Source: Coleofasciculus chthonoplastes F2-STO-03
GTDB lineage: Bacteria > Cyanobacteriota > Cyanobacteriia > Cyanobacteriales > Coleofasciculaceae
Length of the DNA stretch: 23,220 nucleotides
Direction of reading: 5' to 3'
NCBI GenBank assembly: GCA_040222015.1
Contig: JAVJWO010000197.1
Coordinates: forward strand, 1 to 23,220
Position 1 is the first letter of the stretch, and every line of letters begins with the position of its first letter. This document shows positions 17,083-23,220 of the stretch, in pieces. The notes under the pieces are model-generated. The model was given only the letters and a program-made list of their open reading frames with translations. It did no database searches and was not told the DNA's origin. Both the position numbers and the translations under genes were made by a program.

Positions 17083-18786
17083 ATGAGCCAAAGTTTCCCC
17101 CTGTCTAAACTCTCCCGCACCTTGTCTTGGGTGTTACTGAGTGCGATCGCGATCGCAGTACTGTTAAGACTCCTTAACTTAAGTAGCCGAGAATTTTGGT
17201 ACGACGAGGTGTTATCTCTGCTGCTGTCTACAGGTCAAAAAGGGTACTATTCTACGCCCAAGGAGTTGCCTGTTACCTTAGCTGACTATACCCCGTTACT
17301 GAGTTTACCTGTAGAAAACGGCATTGGTGCTATCCCAGCTACTCTGAAAAAATTACTCCAAGGATTAGCGGCTGAACCCCATCCCCCTCTATTTTTTCTG
17401 GGTCAACATCTGTGGTTGCGACTGTTCGGTAATGGGGTAGCGGCTACGCGCAGCTTGGGTGTTTTATTAAGTATCGGTGCAATCGGTAGCGCCTACGGTT
17501 TAGGTCGTCGTGTGTTGGGTCATTACGGGGGCTTGTTATTGGCGGCTCTTTTAGGCACTAATGCATATTATCTCTTTCACTCGCTCAATGTCCGCATGTA
17601 TGGTCCACTGTTGCTATGGGTGATTCTCAGTGCGTGGGCGGCGCTGGAATTAATTGATCCCCAAAAGCAGAGGTTTCCAGACAAGAGACACAAAGAAGGT
17701 CAGCATTCGAGTCTCTACATTCAACTCTTATGGAATCTGGTCTTCATCGGCTCAATCACCGCCGGGTTCCTCACCTTTTATTACTTTGCCTTTTTTATCG
17801 TCGCTCTGGCTATCTTAGTCTTATGGTTAGATCGGCAACATTGGTGGCAACATGGACTACGGTTTATGGCGGGGATCATATTGATGATTCCTTGGGTATT
17901 ATGGGGAACCCGACAACAGCTACGAAATGCTGATTTAGAACGGTTTGGCGGGACTCAAACCTGGATGGAAACGGTGGGGAGACATCTAGAAGGAGTCACC
18001 CAAACCCTAGGAATTCATTTAGTGTTGGGGGATTGGGTGACAAGTTTACCCCTTGTCAGTGCTACTATCGCTGGGGTAGGCGCGATCGCACTCTTGATTT
18101 TCTGTAGTATTCGTCTGTGGCGTCAGCATCACTACAGGGTTTTGGGTGTGGCGTTGCTATTGGGGATTTTTCCGCTTTTATTAGCATTAATGGTGGATAT
18201 TGTCAAGGGTCAGTTCACCGTTGGTTTTGGCTGGGGGAGATCAATGATCTTTATTTTACCCGGATGCTTGCTCCTAATTGCCGCCTGGATTGAGCGGACA
18301 ATGGGAAAATGGCGACCCCTCGCCGCCGCGATAGTGTTAGGGTTCTACCTTATAATCAGTATCGGGGATTTTACAGTACGCGATCGCAGGATGTTCCATC
18401 AAATTGCCGACATCATCGCCCAAGAACCGACAACTCCTACCTTAATCGCTATGAATTCTCAGGCTTGGGGTCACGTCCTCCGTTTAGCATATTATATTCC
18501 CCCAGATTTGCCCGTCACCTTACTGGCGCAATCTCCGGCGAAACTGGCGCCAGTGTTAGAGCAAACCTTGACTAATCAAACCGACAATTTTTCTCGCGTC
18601 TTATGGTTAGATAGTGGTGATCCGGTTTGGTCAGAACCCGAAACCGAGGCAGAAAAACTCAAATTTAAACAAAACATCCAAACCGCTTTAATGCCTCAAT
18701 ATAAGCTAGTCAAAACCCAAAATCTCCTGGGAACCATGGATATAGACCAATTCACCGTCCATATCTATCAACAGTCTCAAAGATAA
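17083..18786 (+). CDS. GT-C fold polytopic membrane glycosyltransferase (GT39/PMT_2, ArnT-like)
   Basis: FWYDE motif after TM1, HPPLFF, RMY, many TM helices and a C-terminal soluble domain. ATG 17083 is preferred (the ORF extends to TTG 17062). Confidence 0.85.
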   Translation: MSQSFPLSKLSRTLSWVLLSAIAIAVLLRLLNLSSREFWYDEVLSLLLSTGQKGYYSTPKELPVTLADYTPLLSLPVENGIGAIPATLKKLLQGLAAEPHPPLFFLGQHLWLRLFGNGVAATRSLGVLLSIGAIGSAYGLGRRVLGHYGGLLLAALLGTNAYYLFHSLNVRMYGPLLLWVILSAWAALELIDPQKQRFPDKRHKEGQHSSLYIQLLWNLVFIGSITAGFLTFYYFAFFIVALAILVLWLDRQHWWQHGLRFMAGIILMIPWVLWGTRQQLRNADLERFGGTQTWMETVGRHLEGVTQTLGIHLVLGDWVTSLPLVSATIAGVGAIALLIFCSIRLWRQHHYRVLGVALLLGIFPLLLALMVDIVKGQFTVGFGWGRSMIFILPGCLLLIAAWIERTMGKWRPLAAAIVLGFYLIISIGDFTVRDRRMFHQIADIIAQEPTTPTLIAMNSQAWGHVLRLAYYIPPDLPVTLLAQSPAKLAPVLEQTLTNQTDNFSRVLWLDSGDPVWSEPETEAEKLKFKQNIQTALMPQYKLVKTQNLLGTMDIDQFTVHIYQQSQR

Positions 18787-18880
18787 ATGATGAATGATAC
18801 AATCCGTACTCTAAGGATAAGTAGGTTGGTGGAAATTAACCAAACTCTATTAACTTATTTAAATAGTCGGAAAACCACGA

Positions 18881-18905
18881 CAAATGACAAATGACAAATG
18901 ACAAA
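18881..18905 (+). repeat. Heptamer STRR (CAAATGA, about 3.5 copies) supplying the glycosyltransferase start codon
   Basis: CAAATGACAAATGACAAATGACAAA; ATG 18898 lies in the third unit. Confidence 0.8.
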
Positions 18906-20094
18906 TTCCCTGCTCCCTGTTCCGTCCGGTTCGTTTGTGGTTCCGGATGTAACCACTGTCTTAGCCACAACGGAAGAACGTCCCTTACGGTTTTCCCTAA
19001 TTATTCCCACGTACAAAGAAGCGAAGAATATTCCCCAGATTGTCGAGCAATTGAGCCGATTACTTGATTCCCAATTAGCGGGGGAGTATGAACTAATTGT
19101 CGTCGATGATAATAGTCCGGACGACACCTGGAAAGTGGCGCAGGAACTCACGGCGGATTATCCTCAGCTACAAGTGATGCGGCGGATTGAGGAACGGGGA
19201 CTCTCTACTGCCGTAATTCGGGGATGGCAAGTGGCGCGGGGAGAGGTTTTGGGGGTAATTGATGCGGATCTCCAGCATCCCCCCGAACTGTTATTGCAGC
19301 TATGGAGTGAGATCCAACGGGGTGCAGATTTAGCCGTTGCGAGTCGCCATGTTGAAGGTGGTGGTGTGAGTGATTGGAGTATTATCCGCCGCTTTTTATC
19401 CCGTGGCGCTCAAACGATTGGGTTAATTCTTTTACCGGGAGTCATCGGGCGGGTTTCTGACCCCATGAGTGGTTATTTTATGGTGCGCCGTCAATGTTTA
19501 GTCGGTCGTCCTCTGAGTCCCTTAGGATACAAAATTTTAATTGAAGTCTTGGGTCGAGGGAAAGTTCCTTGGATTGGGGAAGTGGGGTATGTGTTTCAAG
19601 AGCGTCAAGCGGGGGAAAGTAAGGTTACGTGGAAACAGTATGTAGAGTATTTGCAACACTTACTACGCTTACGTTTATCCTTGGGACCCATTGGTCGATT
19701 TATTCGTTTTGGTGTAGTCGGCTTCAGTGGCGTATTTGTGGATATGGCGGTCTTTTATCTGCTGCGAGAGCATGTAGAATTGGGATTAACCCGCAGTGCG
19801 ATTCTGTCAGCTGAAGTCGCGATTCTCAATAATTTCTTGTGGAATGATGTATGGACGTTTGGCGATATTTCTCGACATCAACGGGGATGGCGTCAGCGAC
19901 TGGAACGATTTTTAAAGTTCAATTTAATCTGTTTAGCCGGACTCATTCTCAATGTTTTACTGGTGAATTTGTTGTTTAATGCCTTTGGCATCAATGAATA
20001 TGTTTCTAAGTTAATCGCGATCGCGGCGGTGACGGTGTGGAATTTCTGGATCAATCTTAAGCTGAGTTGGCGCGTAACCGATGTGCGGCAGTAA
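18898..20094 (+). CDS. Polyprenol-phosphate glycosyl (mannose) synthase, GT2 DPM1-like, fused to a GtrA-like flippase domain
   Basis: IIPTYKE, VVDDNSPD, DADLQHPP and DPMSGYF motifs; C-terminal RFGVVG...NNFLWN..WTF...WNF four-TM GtrA domain. Confidence 0.92.
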   Translation: MTNSLLPVPSGSFVVPDVTTVLATTEERPLRFSLIIPTYKEAKNIPQIVEQLSRLLDSQLAGEYELIVVDDNSPDDTWKVAQELTADYPQLQVMRRIEERGLSTAVIRGWQVARGEVLGVIDADLQHPPELLLQLWSEIQRGADLAVASRHVEGGGVSDWSIIRRFLSRGAQTIGLILLPGVIGRVSDPMSGYFMVRRQCLVGRPLSPLGYKILIEVLGRGKVPWIGEVGYVFQERQAGESKVTWKQYVEYLQHLLRLRLSLGPIGRFIRFGVVGFSGVFVDMAVFYLLREHVELGLTRSAILSAEVAILNNFLWNDVWTFGDISRHQRGWRQRLERFLKFNLICLAGLILNVLLVNLLFNAFGINEYVSKLIAIAAVTVWNFWINLKLSWRVTDVRQ

Positions 20095-20207
20095 TATCAT
20101 GCATCTGTTCAATATTCTGGAAACTGACTTTGATATTGGTTTTCGGGGAGAAACTGAGCCGAGCGCATGAGACTGTTGAAGGTGCGGAATGGGGAAGCTA
20201 TGGCTAG

Positions 20208-21512
20208 CTAATCCAGATCAACCTTTCGCAAGCGATTATAACTGTAAAAGATGACTGATGTGAATAAAACAAACAACCCTGCTATAATCATCAAAAAACC
20301 AATTCCACGCCCTTGACCCGTTTCAATTAACTGTCCAACGCTGTTAGCCAACAACCCATCATCGGATAAAATCGGTTCAAAGATTCGGTCTGCCAGTGGA
20401 CTGGCACTGAGATTACCAAAAGCCAAGGTTAGACCCGTTAGTGTGCTGAATAAGGAGAGTACACGCCCCTGAACGTTGGGGTTTATACTAGTTTGCCAAA
20501 TTGTCTGATTAATACCTAAAATAATTGGCAACGTAAAAAACGACAGAGAAAGACCAACAGCGATTGTCGAGATATTGGGTTTAACTCCAGCGATGATTAA
20601 ACCCATTCCATTTAAGGCAGAAAACATAAACAGAGCAGAGGTGGATTGTTTTCCACCACCCCAAATACTCATAACGATACTCCCAGCAACCATTCCACAA
20701 CTCGCAAACGACATGACAGTCCCAAATGTCGTCGTTGAGGAAAAGGATAGGATCAGTGGATTAATTAAAACACTAGTCATCCCATCAACAAAGAAATGAA
20801 CGCTCATAAAGACTAATAACATAACCAAAAATAGGCGAGATGAAATGATTTTCCATCCGTAAATAATCTCCTGGATAATTGCCGCATTCCCCTCAGCTGA
20901 GATGGTGCTGGGTTTAGGTTGAGGAATCTGAATCACTAAGAGTGTAAACAATCCAATGAGATAAGTAGAGAAATCAATGAGCAGCAAACCCTGAAGCTTG
21001 AAAGTGGCAATGATTACACCAGCAAGGATTGGTGCAGAAAGTTGTCCGACTGCTGTGCTGAACTGAATCAAGCCATTAGCTCTTCCAATCCAATTTTTGG
21101 GAACCATCATGGGTAAAGCTGCTGACTTAGCCGTCATTTGAAAAGAACCACACACTGAGGTAAAAAATGCAGATAGATAGGTATGCCAGACTTGTAGATG
21201 ATCCGTGAGTAGTAGTAAAGCGAGTGTTAGTGTGATAAAAGCCGCAGCTAGGTCACTAAAAATAATTATCCATTGTCGATTCCAGCGATCTACAAAGGCA
21301 CCAACAAAAGGAGTAATTAATACACCAGGTAAGGTTGTAAGAAATATAACTAAACTTAATTGTGTAACCGTATGAGTGTGTTGATAAACCCAGATCCCTA
21401 AGCCAAATCCTGTAAGACGATTTCCAATTTCAGACAGGGACTGTCCTAGCCAGAAGAGAGTAAAGGTAGGGAGTTCACGAACGAGTGCAAGTGGTTGACT
21501 GACAGATTTCAT
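20208..21512 (-). CDS. MFS exporter (DHA3/EntS-MefA-like), probably exporting the NRPS product
   Basis: FWLGQ.LS.IG, GAFVDRWNR (motif A), GRANG and QGRV.S motifs; about 12 TM segments. Confidence 0.9.
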   Translation of the reverse strand: MKSVSQPLALVRELPTFTLFWLGQSLSEIGNRLTGFGLGIWVYQHTHTVTQLSLVIFLTTLPGVLITPFVGAFVDRWNRQWIIIFSDLAAAFITLTLALLLLTDHLQVWHTYLSAFFTSVCGSFQMTAKSAALPMMVPKNWIGRANGLIQFSTAVGQLSAPILAGVIIATFKLQGLLLIDFSTYLIGLFTLLVIQIPQPKPSTISAEGNAAIIQEIIYGWKIISSRLFLVMLLVFMSVHFFVDGMTSVLINPLILSFSSTTTFGTVMSFASCGMVAGSIVMSIWGGGKQSTSALFMFSALNGMGLIIAGVKPNISTIAVGLSLSFFTLPIILGINQTIWQTSINPNVQGRVLSLFSTLTGLTLAFGNLSASPLADRIFEPILSDDGLLANSVGQLIETGQGRGIGFLMIIAGLFVLFTSVIFYSYNRLRKVDLD

Positions 21513-21625
21513 AATTCAGCTCAAGAACTGGTGAGAATATCAGAGGTTTGGGAGGTCAATAAATAATGGAATAGTTCTGTTTTTTATACAAAGTAAACGA
21601 CTTTATCGTTCTTTATATATCCATT

Positions 21626-21720
21626 TACAGCGCTTTTTACGTTTATGGAATACAAAATTGTATCGGCTTGCTTTTCAGCGCAATCATCGTCTGTAGTCTA
21701 CTAACTTGAAAACTGCAGTA
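21626..21720. mobile_element. Degenerate MITE-like element with about 29-bp imperfect terminal inverted repeats
   Basis: TACAGCGCTTTTTACGTTTATGGAATACA matches the reverse complement of the right end (TACTGCAGTTTTCAAGTTAGTAGACTACA) at 20/29. Similar half-sites lie near 5363 and 15946. Confidence 0.4.
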
Positions 21721-22009
21721 AACTATCATGACATCTCAATTAAAAATTGGCACAACAAATCATATAAGCCAAGATGCGGCTTACTATGAACCTTCAATTC
21801 AGAGATTTTAATCCGAAATAAAACGTGATACATTTTATAGGTAGAATGCTCATACAGAAATAGTTTCAGTCCTGTACTAGATGACAAATAATTAGTAAAT
21901 ACTATCTAACACTTATCCAGCTTTAAAATTGCCTATTAATCAAAAAAGTCATAGTTCATATAAACAATTTCAATGAGAGTGCGATATGTTTTTTAGTTTT
22001 ATTTCTTCC

Positions 22010-22705
22010 TCATGGTACGGTATTTATGTGCTTTTGAGCAACTACAATTAGAGGATCTAGAAATGGGTAATTTATTTGGTTTTGTGACAACAAAAACTTA
22101 TTTAATAAATGTATTTCTGTACAACCAGCTATAAAATAATCTATTTTATACTTTTCATTCATACTCTCTAAAAATTGAAGATTAGATTGACTAGAATAAG
22201 CCTTAGGATAAATTTTAATTTGATAAATCATGTTGTGAATATTTTTTTGATCTTCATCATCCAGAAGAACAATGTATTTTTTCGCCCGTTGCCATAAGTT
22301 ATTGTCTTGGAATATTTTTAACTTTCGTGTTCCATTGGTACACAACAATAAATGATTTTCTTGGCGTTCTATAACCTCATTTAGGATGACATCTACCAGT
22401 GAAATAATTCGCTCTTTTAGTTGGATTGGAAGCTGGGGCAATAAATAATGAGATGTTATACAACAGATAATGATTCTAGAAACCTGTAAATCGCATAATT
22501 GATATAGAGCATCAGTTAAATTTTTCAATAGCCAACCATATTCTCCTCTTAGTAAAACCTCGGTTCGATCAGGAAAACTTGGGTCGGAATAAAGCAGCAC
22601 TTTAGGTGCTATTTGTTCTTTTTCTCCGAAAAGGTTATATTCATAAATTGTTTTGATAAACTCTGCTGATGCTAAGGGACCCATCCCTCCTAATATTCCT
22701 AACAT
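22010..22705 (-). CDS. PLP-independent aspartate/glutamate racemase, McyF-like
   Basis: GILGGMGP, PDRT, C-x-T-x-H (CITSH) and GCTE, with both catalytic cysteines present. Confidence 0.9.
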   Translation of the reverse strand: MLGILGGMGPLASAEFIKTIYEYNLFGEKEQIAPKVLLYSDPSFPDRTEVLLRGEYGWLLKNLTDALYQLCDLQVSRIIICCITSHYLLPQLPIQLKERIISLVDVILNEVIERQENHLLLCTNGTRKLKIFQDNNLWQRAKKYIVLLDDEDQKNIHNMIYQIKIYPKAYSSQSNLQFLESMNEKYKIDYFIAGCTEIHLLNKFLLSQNQINYPFLDPLIVVAQKHINTVP

Positions 22706-22893
22706 ATTTCTAGTTTACCTTCCTAAATCAAAAATGTGTTGGTCTTTATAAAACTTACACCGCCGCCTAATAACGCTTCTCCTCAATCGTGATAACGACT
22801 ATCATCAAATAACTGAATGAATGGGGCAGGAGTTGCCGTCCTGCTGTCGGTTGTACATGGGCAATTAGAGACCCATAACCAATGCCCTCAATG

Positions 22894-23220
22894 TCACTGA
22901 TTCGGATCATTTCCTTGAATGTTCATTCCTGAGTTTAAGTTTTTTAAGGAATCAGGAAGTTTTAGCTCCTCTTGAGACGAACGTTGAACTCGGCGTCGTT
23001 CGCGAGAAATCTTTGTGATTTTAGGTGCATCAATTTTCGTATTCGTATCGGCAGTAACTTTCATTTGATCAATGATGACAGCCAGAGCGGCGGGAGTAGG
23101 AGAGGAAAATAGGGTACGCAAGGGAAGTTCCAGATTAAAAGCCTCTCGCAACCGAGAAACCAGTTGAGTCGCCAACAGGGAGTGACCGCCGATGTCAAAG
23201 AAATTATCCTCCACCCCCAC
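22894..23220 (-). CDS. 3' end of a nonribosomal peptide synthetase (terminal PCP domain; the gene starts beyond the window)
   Basis: [13 protein letters not shown] phosphopantetheinylation motif, L.LRTLF..PT, then a tail of about 55 aa and a stop. There is no TE or R domain. Confidence 0.92.
   Translation of the reverse strand: MGVEDNFFDIGGHSLLATQLVSRLREAFNLELPLRTLFSSPTPAALAVIIDQMKVTADTNTKIDAPKITKISRERRRVQRSSQEELKLPDSLKNLNSGMNIQGNDPNQ

Larger units (their letters stand above)
1267..20024. repeat. HIP1 octamers (GCGATCGC), dispersed
   Basis: 20 copies by manual count (e.g. 1267, 5170, 5278, 5744, 8539, 13987, 17143, 17149, 20017), which indicates a cyanobacterial origin. Confidence 0.9.

Noticed and set aside
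1153..20799. Remaining short ORFs (60-125 aa) overlapping the called genes on the opposite strand or in other frames
   Set aside because: They are shadow ORFs within well-supported genes and have no recognisable motifs.
22767..22910. 47-aa minus-strand ORF (MIRISDIEG...) between the NRPS and the racemase, considered as MbtH or a precursor peptide
   Set aside because: It has no MbtH tryptophan motifs or leader motif, and its SD-like AAGGA is too close to the ATG.
22010..23220. Microcystin/nodularin cluster
   Set aside because: The upstream gene ends in a PCP and the downstream gene is an MFS, unlike mcy/nda organisation.

Overview
A 23.2-kb cyanobacterial chromosomal segment. I count 20 HIP1 GCGATCGC octamers, plus heptamer/nonamer tandem repeats and GTAG-type REP palindromes, a style typical of filamentous Oscillatoriales such as Coleofasciculus (inferred, not verified). 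The left end carries a contiguous non-canonical clock cluster: a receiver/KaiA-C-terminal chimera (kaiA3-type), kaiB3 and kaiC3. A co-oriented REC-PAS-HisKA-HATPase-REC hybrid kinase follows directly and is a candidate dedicated input/output kinase; this is the most interesting system here. The middle contains a SLATT/DUF4231 membrane protein, truB, a candidate structured RNA, a DUF1400 alpha/beta hydrolase, an adenylate cyclase fused to a decayed (pseudo)histidine kinase, argF, lexA with a LexA box, an SDR with a highly structured leader, a Uma2 nuclease-like gene and a GT-C plus DPM1/GtrA glycosylation pair. The right end is the 3' end of an NRPS cluster: a terminal PCP with no thioesterase, an McyF-like Asp/Glu racemase and an MFS exporter. 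All family assignments come from motif recognition by eye; no searches were run.
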